64,000 nucleotides of DNA from Candidatus Zixiibacteriota bacterium (GCA_037441845.1 JBBIRK010000005.1:1-64000), one strand, 5' to 3'. Positions 9,422 through 19,717 are shown, counted from the stretch's first letter. Program-made: numbers and translations. Notes: generated from the letters alone by a model not told the origin.

Positions 9422-9540
9422 TTGCGCAAACCTTTAATCTGGAATTTCACTTTTCGGCAGCGCGGGCATATCCATTTGCGTTTCTTGTGAAAAGTTCTCT
9501 TTTCCTCTTTCATGGCGGTTCGGCAGCGCGGGCAGATCAT
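9418..9540 (-). CDS. 40-aa basic zinc-ribbon microprotein (CPRC-x18-CPRC)
   Basis: Translates as MICPRCRTAMKEEKRTFHKKRKWICPRCRKVKFQIKGLRK. Starts 4 nt after the upstream stop; its TGA overlaps the DUF72 ATG (ATGA). Below the ORF-track length cutoff. Confidence 0.8.
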   Translation of the reverse strand: MICPRCRTAMKEEKRTFHKKRKWICPRCRKVKFQIKGLRK

Positions 9541-9544
9541 ATCG

Positions 9545-11335
9545 CTATTCGACGATGATTTTCGTTCTGGTTATCATCCCCGCCTCGACTTCGGCCTTTA
9601 CGGCATATTTCTGATCACCGTGTTCAACCCACAACACATATTTGCCGGCGGGCACATCGGCGATCGCGAAATTTTCGCCATAAACCGGACTCGGGCTGAC
9701 CGAATCTCCGTAGGTTTCAGCGAACGAAAATGGAGTTTCCGTCGGCACCGGCTTTTCCACACCGTAAATCCTGATTTTCAGGATATTTCTTGCCTGCCTA
9801 TCGACGACGTTGCCCACAATCGTTCCGCAACCGGGCAACGGTTCTATCCAAAGTTCGTTGTTTACGGTCTTGTTGGGAACATTGGAATCATCGACCGAAG
9901 ATAACGATACTTCGAAATGCAAATGTTCATTGGTTACATTACCGAGCTTTCCGATATGACCGATTATATCACCGCGATTTACTTTCTGCCCTACTTGCTT
10001 GATTATATCGCATTGATGATGATAATGCACGTAAACGAAATTATCCCCCAATTTTCGATCGCAGCGCAAAACGGAATGACCGATATCCGCCCGGACATAG
10101 ACGATCGTGCCGTCATCGACCGCCCGTAACGGAACACCTTCAGGATTGTTGAATTCGCAACCTTGATGCTGGCGGAAATTTCCGCCCATGGTCATGCCAT
10201 AAAGGTAAGTCTGGTCTTTCTGGTCATTGAATTCCGGAGCGACCGGCCTGAGAAACCATTGGTGAGCCGGTTCTTCCGGACGATCGAAAACCTGCTTTGG
10301 GCTCGGGAAACTCTCCGTTTCGGCCAGCCTATCGGCAATTCTATATAGCCCATAGTTGGTTCCGGCGAATACTCGACCATCAGGACCCGAGGCGACACAA
10401 TTGACGTTATCGCTGAAAAATCCCGATGATCGATCGAATATTTGATAAGACTTGCCACTGTCGGTGCTCAGGGCCAAGCCTTTGTAAGTTGCCACCCACA
10501 ATCGGCCATCGCCATCGATATGAATATCATGCACGAATGGCGACGGCAAGCCGCTGGTGATATTTTCCCAGCTTTTTCCCGAATCCACTGAAACGTATAA
10601 ACCATCGTCGCAACCGGCATACCATGCGTTATTTTTCGCGGCGACCGCCCTTACTTTGCACAAGGCGACACCGTTTTCGTTCCACCTTCCGTTCGGCGAA
10701 AAATTCCGCCACGTCTTGCCGCCGTCTTCCGAAAACGAAAATCCATTCAAAGATCCGACGAATAGTCTATCGCCCTCGACGACCAAATCATAAAGGTATT
10801 GGCTGGAAAGTCCGGCGCGCTCATCAATTACGTTATAAGACAATGAATCGATACCACCTGCGGAAGTCGGAAAGAAGTCGAATACGACTATGCCGTCGGC
10901 CGTGGGGACATAGATTTTCGAATCTGACCACACTATCCCGACGGAATACAAATACTCGACACCGAAGAAATTATAGCCGAACCGTTTCCAGCTGCGTCCG
11001 GAATCAGAAGAAATATTGATACCGTCGCCGAGCGTGGCCAGAATCAGATAATCGCCCTGCCAAACGCCGCCCATGATAAAATCCCACGACAAACCTGAAT
11101 CGGGATGCTGATTATCGGAGGTGAAATTGCGCCAGTTTTCGCCGGAATCGACCGAAAAGTAAGCCCCCTTGCCGTATGTTCCAATCAGCATCTGTGGGCC
11201 TTTGGCGGTTATCGATAGTACATGGATTCGGCTGCCCACCGGTTCGAATTCGACTTTTTCGAAATATCTCATTTCTTTTTTCCCGCAGCCGGCGAAAATA
11301 ACGAGAATTATCGCCGAAAAAATGATTTTCTTCAT
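9545..11335 (-). CDS. Lipoprotein with Asp-box beta-propeller and M23 metallopeptidase domain
   Basis: Lipobox IFAGC; five SxDxGxxW/Y Asp-boxes; M23 motifs HQGCE and HLHFEV. Confidence 0.85.
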   Translation of the reverse strand: MKKIIFSAIILVIFAGCGKKEMRYFEKVEFEPVGSRIHVLSITAKGPQMLIGTYGKGAYFSVDSGENWRNFTSDNQHPDSGLSWDFIMGGVWQGDYLILATLGDGINISSDSGRSWKRFGYNFFGVEYLYSVGIVWSDSKIYVPTADGIVVFDFFPTSAGGIDSLSYNVIDERAGLSSQYLYDLVVEGDRLFVGSLNGFSFSEDGGKTWRNFSPNGRWNENGVALCKVRAVAAKNNAWYAGCDDGLYVSVDSGKSWENITSGLPSPFVHDIHIDGDGRLWVATYKGLALSTDSGKSYQIFDRSSGFFSDNVNCVASGPDGRVFAGTNYGLYRIADRLAETESFPSPKQVFDRPEEPAHQWFLRPVAPEFNDQKDQTYLYGMTMGGNFRQHQGCEFNNPEGVPLRAVDDGTIVYVRADIGHSVLRCDRKLGDNFVYVHYHHQCDIIKQVGQKVNRGDIIGHIGKLGNVTNEHLHFEVSLSSVDDSNVPNKTVNNELWIEPLPGCGTIVGNVVDRQARNILKIRIYGVEKPVPTETPFSFAETYGDSVSPSPVYGENFAIADVPAGKYVLWVEHGDQKYAVKAEVEAGMITRTKIIVE

Positions 11336-11350
11336 TATTTTCCCCCTCTT

Positions 11351-11968
11351 CTATTTTATTATGTTCAGCCAATCCTTGAGCAAAAATCCGGCGCGTCCGA
11401 TCAAGAGCGATATGCGCGCCATCACCGTGAAACCGAAAGTCGCGCCGAAAAATATCATCAGAAAATAAATCCCCACCCGAGTGAATTTTCCGAAAGTCCC
11501 CTCGTGCTTTTTGGAAAAATAAAAATATAATAGCGTGCAAATCAACCCGGCGGCGATAAGAACAGCGTTGATCGCACCACCGACCGAATCGATATCGGCA
11601 AACGGGGAGATCGTCGCCCTAATCTGAGCCAGGATATTGGCCTGCATGTTGGCGGGAATGGCCGCCCCGGCGCCGAACCCTATATAAATGGCCAGCGCCG
11701 GCCGCGAAAGCCAAGCGAACCGGGAAACGAATCGGCTGAACATCAGCGCGCCGAGAATCACGGGGACCAACCCCAGCCATTGCCGATGAACGAATAAAGG
11801 ATCGATTATTTTGGGAACCACCGTATCATTAAATGCGATTACGATCAAATAGCCCACCGAAATTCCGACAAGCAGGTGCTCGGCGAATTTATAAACAGGA
11901 TTGTCTCTGTATAAAAACGAATATATCGCGAGCGTTAATCCAGCCGCTATCCAGACGCCTAAATCCAT
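11351..11968 (-). CDS. Uncharacterised multi-pass membrane protein (DUF6754-cluster member)
   Basis: About 6 hydrophobic segments; SFLYRDNPVYKFAEHLLVG and FGATFGFTVMAR; 1-nt gap to the upstream gene. Confidence 0.75.
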   Translation of the reverse strand: MDLGVWIAAGLTLAIYSFLYRDNPVYKFAEHLLVGISVGYLIVIAFNDTVVPKIIDPLFVHRQWLGLVPVILGALMFSRFVSRFAWLSRPALAIYIGFGAGAAIPANMQANILAQIRATISPFADIDSVGGAINAVLIAAGLICTLLYFYFSKKHEGTFGKFTRVGIYFLMIFFGATFGFTVMARISLLIGRAGFLLKDWLNIIK

Positions 11969-11969
11969 A

Positions 11970-12788
11970 TCAACGCCTTTTCCTTGCCGATAAGTAGCTC
12001 AGATTGCCGATCGCAATCAGCGCCAGGATCAACAAGTGGGCTATGCTCTGGGCACTCATCCCCACAGAGGCGTCGCCGGGGCGGCCGATCAACTGCTCAT
12101 ACTCTGCGGCCGCTTTCAATCCGGGGACCATCCCGATTATCTGTTTTTCCTGCAAGAATGGATAATATGTCGTCGCCATCACCGCCGTAACCGCAGGCAC
12201 CACCGCCTCGTGGTATCTGGCGTTGGCATAATTGATCCAATAATTGGGCGTATCGTCATCGGCTATCGATATGATCAACTCGATCTGTCGATAATTCTTG
12301 ACGGTCTGCATCAAAGGTATTTCGCTGAGCGGGATCCCTCGGAAATCTTTCGGGAACACGCGCGAGATGTTTTCGCCCATGCCGAGTATCGCCGAGGTGA
12401 TTTCGGGACGGAAACCGAGGAAAACATAATCAGTACCTTCCCGGAGATCGTACTCAGCGGCCACGGAGCGAAGCACGCTGTTGCCGATCGAGGAACCCTC
12501 GGCACGCAGAGCCATGCCGATTACCCGAAGTCGTCGTTGGAAAAGATGCCGTAGAAGAGCCCGGGCCATAGGCGACATCTCGGGTAGAGTAGCCGTGTCA
12601 TGATCGAAAGATACGAGCACGGCCGATCCGGGGGGCAATCGATCGATGAAATCGTAAACGGACTTGACCTCTCTGGTGATTCGGTTGGGCAACCGGAAAT
12701 TTAATATAAGTGGAATCGAGACCGATAAAAAAAGCGCCACGAAAATGATTCTTCGATCGATATTCCCCGGCATGCGCGGCGAAAACAT
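11970..12788 (-). CDS. Uncharacterised membrane protein, TM-alpha/beta domain-TM (DUF6754-cluster member)
   Basis: N- and C-terminal hydrophobic helices flank a soluble domain; DYVFLGF and GLKAAAEYE motifs. Confidence 0.75.
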   Translation of the reverse strand: MFSPRMPGNIDRRIIFVALFLSVSIPLILNFRLPNRITREVKSVYDFIDRLPPGSAVLVSFDHDTATLPEMSPMARALLRHLFQRRLRVIGMALRAEGSSIGNSVLRSVAAEYDLREGTDYVFLGFRPEITSAILGMGENISRVFPKDFRGIPLSEIPLMQTVKNYRQIELIISIADDDTPNYWINYANARYHEAVVPAVTAVMATTYYPFLQEKQIIGMVPGLKAAAEYEQLIGRPGDASVGMSAQSIAHLLILALIAIGNLSYLSARKRR

Positions 12789-12790
12789 AT

Positions 12791-13411
12791 TTATCCTTTA
12801 CCCAAGTATGTTCTTTCCACGCCCAGGATTACTCTCAGAGCGGTGCCGATCGTCCCCAGGCCGATTCCAATAAAAATCCCCCGGCGCGCGGTCATCGAGG
12901 GCACATCGAGTATCCAGTTTGCGATCTTGGGAAACCCGCTCCAGATATAATCGCCGATCGGCACTCTGCCGATCATCACCAGCGCGGCGGCGAGAAGCAA
13001 AAGGGTTGCTTCAAGGTTGCGGGCTCTGAAACCCCTGTAAGCAGCCGAAGCCACGAAAAACGACAACAACGAAAATACGGTCGCCTGCATCGGAGCCTGC
13101 ATACGAGTAAAAAGCCAATCGAAAGGTGATCCCTCGCCGCGCCCCCAAACAAATCCGGACACCGCCATGGCGATCACGCCTATCAAGGTCAGCAGATTGT
13201 AAAAATAGCCAGTCTTCTTCTTGGAGATTTTTTCGGAATGATATTTTATCATGCCGGCGACACCGACCAGCAAGGCGAACACGTAAATCGTCTGGGTCCA
13301 ATCGACCACAATTTCGTAAGCTCTGGTCGACAGTCGGCTCGGGACAAAAAATTGAGTAAGCATGAAGGCGCCGAAACCGAAACACAATATGACCGGTATT
13401 TGTCTTCTCAT
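12791..13411 (-). CDS. Uncharacterised multi-pass membrane protein (DUF6754-cluster member)
   Basis: About 6 TM segments; SLLSFFVASAAYRGFRARN, ARRGIFIGIGLG and LRVILGVER motifs. Confidence 0.75.
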   Translation of the reverse strand: MRRQIPVILCFGFGAFMLTQFFVPSRLSTRAYEIVVDWTQTIYVFALLVGVAGMIKYHSEKISKKKTGYFYNLLTLIGVIAMAVSGFVWGRGEGSPFDWLFTRMQAPMQATVFSLLSFFVASAAYRGFRARNLEATLLLLAAALVMIGRVPIGDYIWSGFPKIANWILDVPSMTARRGIFIGIGLGTIGTALRVILGVERTYLGKG

Positions 13412-13412
13412 A

Positions 13413-14537
13413 TCATCTTATCGTAAGCCAGTTCATCATCGCTTTGTTTCCTAAAATAACCATAATAATCGCTGCAATCATAAACAGGATTATCAGCAGT
13501 TTAGCGTAATCCGAGCCCTTGATACTTCCCAGCACCTGCTGATCGCGCGACAAATATCCGGAGGCGGCGAACAACTCCTCGCCTATCAAGACATAATCGC
13601 AGGACACGATAAAGAACGACATCTGGATCGAAGAATCCGTGCCCGCGATCTGCATCGCCCCCACGGAATTGCCCGTTTCGGCGAGGATCAGGGATTCGGC
13701 CTCGAATGTGCCGAAAAACAGATTTGTGGCCGGTTTGTAGCGAAGCATGATGCCATCGACCGCCGCCGCATAACCGAACTGCGAATCGGTTACGAAAAAT
13801 ATATTCTCCGGCCTAAAATTCTCAGGATGACCGGCGCGGTTATAACTTTCATAGGCGACCTCCTGGGCAACTGTCATCACCACAGGATCGTTATTGGGGA
13901 AAATCAACGGGGTATTGTATTCCGCAACCTTTTGGATAACCGAACCGAGAATGTTCATGCTGGCGATAGTCGCCGGGCGGGTGATCGTTCCCCTGCCTGC
14001 GGAATAAAGTATCGGTTTCCCCATTTCGGTGGCTCTTCCGATCGCCTCATCGACAGCCTGTAATCCGGCGATCGGTCTGATAAAAAACGACATCCCGCGT
14101 TTGCCTCTTATCACGAAAAATCCGATCAGCAGCCCCGTTATCATCACCCCGACCAAGACGTTTATTCTTTTTTTATTAAACCAATTTTCCACAGGTTTTA
14201 CGCCGGACGCCGCGCCCATGACCTTCTCTTCAGAATCGTTTTTTGTCACAAGGCGAAATTCATAACTCTTCTGCGGATCAAGACCTGTCTTGGTGAATTC
14301 GCCGGAATCAACGGTGATCGTATAAATCACCTGCACATCGGTGTCTCCCGTAATTGATTGTTGGATGAAGTATTGTGTCGAAGAATCGAAATCAGGAATT
14401 TTCCATCGGATAACCAAGCTGGTTCCGTCGTCATCGGGTTTGTCGAATACCGACAGCACCATATCGGCCGGCGTTGATGCCATCAAATTACAGCCAAAAA
14501 GGATTAAAGCAACGAGGCAGGTAAAACGAAAAGGCAT
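13413..14537 (-). CDS. Fibronectin-III-like N-terminal domain plus DUF6754 domain membrane protein
   Basis: Signal peptide from ATG 14537; DKPDDDG..IRW FN3-like region; IRPIAGLQAVDEAIGRATEMGKP and CDYVLIGEELFAASGY motifs. Start moved from 14627 because a consensus promoter lies inside the extension. Confidence 0.78.
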   Translation of the reverse strand: MPFRFTCLVALILFGCNLMASTPADMVLSVFDKPDDDGTSLVIRWKIPDFDSSTQYFIQQSITGDTDVQVIYTITVDSGEFTKTGLDPQKSYEFRLVTKNDSEEKVMGAASGVKPVENWFNKKRINVLVGVMITGLLIGFFVIRGKRGMSFFIRPIAGLQAVDEAIGRATEMGKPILYSAGRGTITRPATIASMNILGSVIQKVAEYNTPLIFPNNDPVVMTVAQEVAYESYNRAGHPENFRPENIFFVTDSQFGYAAAVDGIMLRYKPATNLFFGTFEAESLILAETGNSVGAMQIAGTDSSIQMSFFIVSCDYVLIGEELFAASGYLSRDQQVLGSIKGSDYAKLLIILFMIAAIIMVILGNKAMMNWLTIR

Positions 14538-14543
14538 GTCAAA

Positions 14544-14572
14544 ATTGTAGGCTAATTGCCGTACCATGTCAA
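14544..14572 (-). promoter_or_regulatory. sigma70-type promoter, probably giving a leaderless mRNA
   Basis: TTGACA, 17 nt spacer, TACAAT, 6 nt, ATG (14537); no Shine-Dalgarno. Confidence 0.75.
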
Positions 14573-14623
14573 GGCGAAATGTCCGCCCGACTCGGCTCTT
14601 TTCGTAAGAACTGTTTTTGAGGC

Positions 14624-16846
14624 TCAATGGCTGATTCGATCCATCGACTTGGGAATCGCCGATTCGTAGCTGTCATTCAAAGCAGAAACGGGGCAATCGA
14701 TAAATTCATTGATTGTCAGTTTATCGCCTCCGGTCTTGCCGATAACTTGCAACCCGACACCGAAATCGAGACATTTTTGTTTCACTGCGGCGAAACTGCT
14801 TTCGGGATACGATATAAGCACCGCAGGCCGCGATTCGGAAAAAAGCAACCGGTCGGGTCGCAAAGGAAAATCGGCTGTGACTACCGCTCCGATTCGCCGT
14901 CCGATACAGCATTCGGCAAGGGCTACCGCCATACCCCCATCGGAAATATCATGCGCCGAATGAATCAAGCCCGAATCCGCCAACTCGGCCAAGACATCGA
15001 TTACTTTTTTTACATCGGTCAAAGACAAACCCGGCAGTCTCCCGGCGATCTTTCCGTGAATCAGCTTGAGATACTCGGAGCCGCCCAGCTCGCCGCTGAT
15101 CCCTCCTATCAGAGCGAGACGATCGTTCGGATGCGTGAAAAACGATCCGACTCTTTTCTCGATGTTTTTCAACAAACCGATCATTCCGATCACCGGTGTC
15201 GGGTAAATCGATCCCCCCCCGCTTTCATTGTAAAAACTCACATTTCCTCCGGTAACCGGCGTTCCGAGAAAACGGCAGGCCTCACCCATGCCGGCGATCA
15301 CCTCCGAAAATGAGTAATATACCTCGGGATCATAAGGATTGCCGAAATTCAAGCAATTCGTTATCGCCAATGGTCGCGCACCCACGCAAGCTACGTTGAG
15401 TGCGGCTTCGCAGACCGCGTGGGCTGCTCCCAAGCGGGGATTAAGATAGCACCAGCGCCCGTTGCAATCGGTGGCGGCGGCCAGCCCTTTGCTCGATTTG
15501 CGAATCCTTATCACGGCGGCATCTTGGCCGGGACCGATAACCGTCGCCGTTCTTACCGAAGTATCGTATTGCTGATAAACCCAGCGCTTGGAGGCGATAT
15601 TAGGAGATTCAAGCAGCCGCAGCAGAATCTCGTTGAAATCCCCCGGGACCGGAATTGAATCGCCGTCGAAAGTCGCAAGTTCATCGATATAGGCAGGCTT
15701 TCGGGTTTGTCTGAAATAAACCGGCGCTTTTCCTCCCAACACCAGGGAATCCGGAGGAACATCAGCATAAAGCTTTCCCTCATAATAGACTTTGACCCGA
15801 TTTTCATTTATCACTTTACCGATGACAGTGGCTGATACCCCCCATTTGCCATAGGTCTCGATAACCTTGGCCAGATTGGCGGGAGTGGTGACCAGCAACA
15901 TTCTTTCCTGCGATTCGGAAAGCATGATTTCATAAGGAGTCATCCTCTCCTCACGCATCGGCACCCTCTCGAGATGAAGCTCCATTCCGCAGCCGCCCCG
16001 GGCGGACATCTCCGTGGCCGAGCAGGTCAATCCGGCCGCTCCCATATCTTGAATCCCCACCAGCAGTTTATGCTTGATCACCTCAAGCGTAGCTTCAAGT
16101 AAGAGTTTTTCCATGAAAGGGTCGCCGATTTGTACCGAAGAGCGCCGCGATTCCGACTTTTCGGACAGCTCCTCGGAAGCGAACGTGGCCCCGTGGATTC
16201 CATCCCGGCCGGTTTTCGAACCAACGATCAATACGGGATTCCCCTCACCGCGAGCGGTTGCCGAAATCAGGTCTTCTTTACGGGCAATCCCCACCGCCAT
16301 CGCATTGACCAGCGGATTTCCCGCGTAGGCCGACTCGAAATATATCTCGCCGCCGACATCGGGAACGCCGAAACAGTTTCCATAGTCGCCTATTCCCCTG
16401 ACCACGCCGTCGAAAAGATATTTGGTCCGCGGATTGTCCAAAGGGCCGAATCGCAGAGAATTCAAAGCGGCCTCCGGTCTGGCTCCCATGGTGAATATGT
16501 CTCGCAGAATGCCGCCCAGGCCTGTCGCGGCACCCTGATACGGTTCCACCGCCGAGGGATGGTTATGCGATTCGATCTTGAACACCACAGCCAATCCGTC
16601 GCCGATATCGATCGCTCCGGCGTTTTCACTGCCGGCTTCGGCAAGCATGTTTTCGCCGGTTCTGGGCAATGTCTTAAGCAAGGCGATCGAATTCTTATAA
16701 GAACAATGTTCGGACCACATCACCGAATAGATGCCGAGCTCGGTATAGGTCGGTTTGCGGCCGAGAAATTCCTCAATCTTTTCATATTCATCATCGGAAA
16801 TACCATGCTCGCGTGCAAGTTCGATATCGACGTTCGGCTCATTCAT
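14624..16846 (-). CDS. purL: Phosphoribosylformylglycinamidine synthase subunit PurL
   Basis: [32 protein letters not shown] and GGNVSFYN motifs; start ATG 16846 after RBS AAGGAG. Confidence 0.97.
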   Translation of the reverse strand: MNEPNVDIELAREHGISDDEYEKIEEFLGRKPTYTELGIYSVMWSEHCSYKNSIALLKTLPRTGENMLAEAGSENAGAIDIGDGLAVVFKIESHNHPSAVEPYQGAATGLGGILRDIFTMGARPEAALNSLRFGPLDNPRTKYLFDGVVRGIGDYGNCFGVPDVGGEIYFESAYAGNPLVNAMAVGIARKEDLISATARGEGNPVLIVGSKTGRDGIHGATFASEELSEKSESRRSSVQIGDPFMEKLLLEATLEVIKHKLLVGIQDMGAAGLTCSATEMSARGGCGMELHLERVPMREERMTPYEIMLSESQERMLLVTTPANLAKVIETYGKWGVSATVIGKVINENRVKVYYEGKLYADVPPDSLVLGGKAPVYFRQTRKPAYIDELATFDGDSIPVPGDFNEILLRLLESPNIASKRWVYQQYDTSVRTATVIGPGQDAAVIRIRKSSKGLAAATDCNGRWCYLNPRLGAAHAVCEAALNVACVGARPLAITNCLNFGNPYDPEVYYSFSEVIAGMGEACRFLGTPVTGGNVSFYNESGGGSIYPTPVIGMIGLLKNIEKRVGSFFTHPNDRLALIGGISGELGGSEYLKLIHGKIAGRLPGLSLTDVKKVIDVLAELADSGLIHSAHDISDGGMAVALAECCIGRRIGAVVTADFPLRPDRLLFSESRPAVLISYPESSFAAVKQKCLDFGVGLQVIGKTGGDKLTINEFIDCPVSALNDSYESAIPKSMDRISH

Positions 16847-16873
16847 TTGGCATGAATCTCCTTTCAGCTCCGA

Positions 16874-16902
16874 AGTATATCCCTCGCCGAATTTCAAGTC
16901 AA
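16874..16902 (-). promoter_or_regulatory. purL promoter
   Basis: TTGACT, 17 nt spacer, TATACT. Confidence 0.7.
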
Positions 16903-16994
16903 ACGATTTGGCATCGGAACTTACATTCAGGAAAGAGATAAAGGTTCGAAAATCGCTCTGAACTTACGCAAGAAATCGTTTACTCTCTTATTTA

Positions 16995-17031
16995 AAATAA
17001 TAAAGGGCGCCCTAACGCTTAAGGCGCCCTT
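16995..17031 (-). terminator. Rho-independent terminator after the Omp28-like gene
   Basis: AAGGGCGCC/GGCGCCCTT 9-bp stem (17003-17011, 17023-17031) followed by a T-rich tail on the minus strand. Confidence 0.75.
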
Positions 17032-17051
17032 GGCAAAATCGCGCATCAATC

Positions 17052-18119
17052 CTATTTCAGGAACAACATTCTGTTGGTTTGGCTTCTCCCCTCGAATTCG
17101 ATTTTGCAAAAGTACACACCGCTTGTCACCGCCCGTCCTTCGTCATCGGTGCCGTTCCAGATGACCTGATGCATGCCGGCTCCCTGTAATCCATCGGCCA
17201 AAACCGCTATTTTGCGGCCGGCAAGATCGTAAACCGCAAGCCGAACCACCCCCTCGTTTGCCAATGTGTATTTGATCGTGGTCGAGGCATTGAAAGGATT
17301 GGGATAATTTTGTTCGAGTTTGAATCTATCTGGAAGACTCGCATTATCGTTTATCGACGTTTGGTGGTTCAATTCCGCCAGCGTAATTTTTGCCGATTGC
17401 AATACCTCTCTGGTGGCATCGGACTGCAGAAACGCAACCAATTCGCAATTTGTCCACGCCAAAGCCGTTGGACAGGTGAACGGCTGGGTATAATCGACCG
17501 TATCACCCTGAGCAAGAGTGATCGCCGCACCGGTCGCCGATGGTAACATATCGCGGAATGTTTGTTCATGGACGGTTATGCCATTCGGGGCATTCCAGTG
17601 AATATCAGATTCGGTAAGTGCGATACGCAACCTGAGGTTGCCGACGTCGATTATATCCGTGCCAACTAAATTTACATAGAGGTTGCCGTTACGCGTATTC
17701 GAATCGAATGTTCCGCTTAGCCTTATCTCAACCGGCGATTCATCGCTGGAACGCGAAAGGATAAAACTCCACCAGCTGCTATAAGAATATCCGCCACGGA
17801 TTATGCCGTCGATCCATGCATAAGGCGTATAGTAGTAACCGTCGGGATGAGGAGGATAATAGTTGATTCGTGCCCGGTTTTCGGAAGTATTATAAACGTA
17901 GAAGGGATCGCTTGACGACGGCCACCAGGCGTGATAACGAATGGCAACGAAAACATCGGGGTGTTGATCGCAAAGTTGATCCAATAACAGATCGGCCGGA
18001 TAGCACGGACCGCAACTGGTATTGGTTTCGTTTTCCAGCAATACCAATCTTTGGGCGCCGAAAGTCGGCAACGCCGCAATCAAAATCAGTACTGCCGCCA
18101 GAATCTTAGCTTTCACCAT
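17052..18119 (-). CDS. Omp28-related thioredoxin-fold protein with T9SS-like C-terminal sorting domain
   Basis: Signal peptide; VLLENETNTSCGPC; YYYTPYAWIDG; VAFLQ...VLQS; CTD QNYPNPFN...VYDLAGRKI...SGVYF. Confidence 0.85.
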   Translation of the reverse strand: MVKAKILAAVLILIAALPTFGAQRLVLLENETNTSCGPCYPADLLLDQLCDQHPDVFVAIRYHAWWPSSSDPFYVYNTSENRARINYYPPHPDGYYYTPYAWIDGIIRGGYSYSSWWSFILSRSSDESPVEIRLSGTFDSNTRNGNLYVNLVGTDIIDVGNLRLRIALTESDIHWNAPNGITVHEQTFRDMLPSATGAAITLAQGDTVDYTQPFTCPTALAWTNCELVAFLQSDATREVLQSAKITLAELNHQTSINDNASLPDRFKLEQNYPNPFNASTTIKYTLANEGVVRLAVYDLAGRKIAVLADGLQGAGMHQVIWNGTDDEGRAVTSGVYFCKIEFEGRSQTNRMLFLK

Positions 18120-18196
18120 GGTTTACATACCTCCCGAGCGGTGGAATTGAATTTTTTTTAATATACCACGAATTTATTTTTATACAAGCATCTTTT

Positions 18197-19717
18197 TCAA
18201 AATCTGGATAATATAGTCGCTCTTACTCCTCTGAATGTCGGCTTGATTGTGCAGACGCCGCCCGAACAAACATAGCCTCCTCGTTGGCCACCATAGAATA
18301 CCGACAAGTCGTTGTTCGGCAATTTAATCAGGAGCTCGGCAAATAGCATTTCCGAGGGGTCTTTGTCTTCGAATTCGCCGTAAATTTTATCCGACCAACT
18401 GCCGCCGAGCGTAAGATTAAACAATTGCCCGCGCACGACCTCCAGAGTCAGAAATTTTTCGGTATAATCCGTGGAATCGCCCTCATCTTCGCGTAACTCA
18501 TACTTTATATAATATGCCGTCAAGACCAATGAGTTTACATCATCGATGCCATAGGTCAATTCGAGTCTCGGGCTGATTTCGTTTTTCTGGCTGTGGCTAA
18601 GTCTATCGAAACTTGCCACGAATTGGTTTTCCCGATAATAAGCCCCGCGGATTTCGAAATACTTTTCATTCATGAAAAAATCGCGCTGATCGCGGCTTTT
18701 GGCCTCGGCGATATCCACCAAAAATCCCCAGTAATAATCTTTGGCGAAGTTGAAACCGGCCCGCCATCCGAATTCTCCGGATACGCTGTATTGTGATTGA
18801 AGCGATCTTTCCTGATGATTGGCGGCAGGTGGCTGATTGAAATTCGCCTGTATATCCAAATCGCTTGGATAGGATAGATACTTGTAATTTTTATACTCGA
18901 AAAAGGTCGAGACCTTCCAGACGCTGGAGGTGATATTGGAATAAGTGCCCGATCCCTTTCTATCCTTGACTTCGCTGGGGAATACAAGATAGTCGATAAA
19001 ATATCCATCCCGACGTGCGTGTTCGATATAGTAATCGAAATTCACAAGATCGAAAAAACGACGGTTTATTCTTGCGTTAATCTGGGTAAGATCGGAACGC
19101 AGATCGCCGAAATTCATATCGTTTTCGATTACCCTGACGTAAGCGCCGCCCAAGTGAAAAGCGCTTGCAGGTTTGAACTTGGCGCGTGCCCCCCGCAGCG
19201 TCGGACGATATGCGGCCGGGGTGCGCCCCACCGCGGACAGGAAATCGAAATCAAGCAATGAATACCTTCCGGAAATGCGCCCCCCATCGAGGGGAATATC
19301 GATTCTGACGTTCTCGTCACGATAGGCATTCAGGATCAACCCTCTATCGAAAGTCTGATAGAAGTTGCCGACATGTATCTCCAAACCATCGTCCCGCCAG
19401 CCGAAATAGCGCTGGGTGATCGAATCGAGATCGAAATTATTGTCGGCGCTTTTATGATGTTTCACCTCGAACCAGGCGCCGCCGTAAAATTTGTCCATCG
19501 AGATATCGAATTGAAAACGCGTAGCCGCCGAATCGGCAACCGATGAGTCGGGATGAACCCGCTTGAATAGATAGTATCTGGCGAAATTGGCTCCGGATAC
19601 CGACCAATCGCCCTGGGCAAATGCGGCAACTCCAAAAATAAAAAAAGATAGGGTGGCTAAGAACCCTATCTTCATGGCTATCCGGAATAATTTACAGGGA
19701 TCGTCCGGCCGACTCAC
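18197..19717 (-). CDS. DUF6029-like outer-membrane beta-barrel
   Basis: GNFYQTFDRGLIL, NQPP and C-terminal YGGQRGGYVCSGGVC...F; ends in Phe. GTG start overlaps the TlpA stop; ATG 19675 is an alternative. Confidence 0.78.
   Translation of the reverse strand: MSRPDDPCKLFRIAMKIGFLATLSFFIFGVAAFAQGDWSVSGANFARYYLFKRVHPDSSVADSAATRFQFDISMDKFYGGAWFEVKHHKSADNNFDLDSITQRYFGWRDDGLEIHVGNFYQTFDRGLILNAYRDENVRIDIPLDGGRISGRYSLLDFDFLSAVGRTPAAYRPTLRGARAKFKPASAFHLGGAYVRVIENDMNFGDLRSDLTQINARINRRFFDLVNFDYYIEHARRDGYFIDYLVFPSEVKDRKGSGTYSNITSSVWKVSTFFEYKNYKYLSYPSDLDIQANFNQPPAANHQERSLQSQYSVSGEFGWRAGFNFAKDYYWGFLVDIAEAKSRDQRDFFMNEKYFEIRGAYYRENQFVASFDRLSHSQKNEISPRLELTYGIDDVNSLVLTAYYIKYELREDEGDSTDYTEKFLTLEVVRGQLFNLTLGGSWSDKIYGEFEDKDPSEMLFAELLIKLPNNDLSVFYGGQRGGYVCSGGVCTIKPTFRGVRATILSRF

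Noticed and set aside
9453..9534. 16-bp direct repeat as a mini-CRISPR or att site
   Set aside because: Only two copies, too short, no cas or integrase; explained by the two CPRC knuckles of a small ORF
14538..14627. Longer ORF-track N-termini (DUF6754 14627, purL 16897, lpxH 26754, permease 28703, ldcA-like 34324, lipoprotein 41616)
   Set aside because: The extensions run through promoters or upstream genes; downstream starts fit the RBS, signal peptide or family N-terminus better
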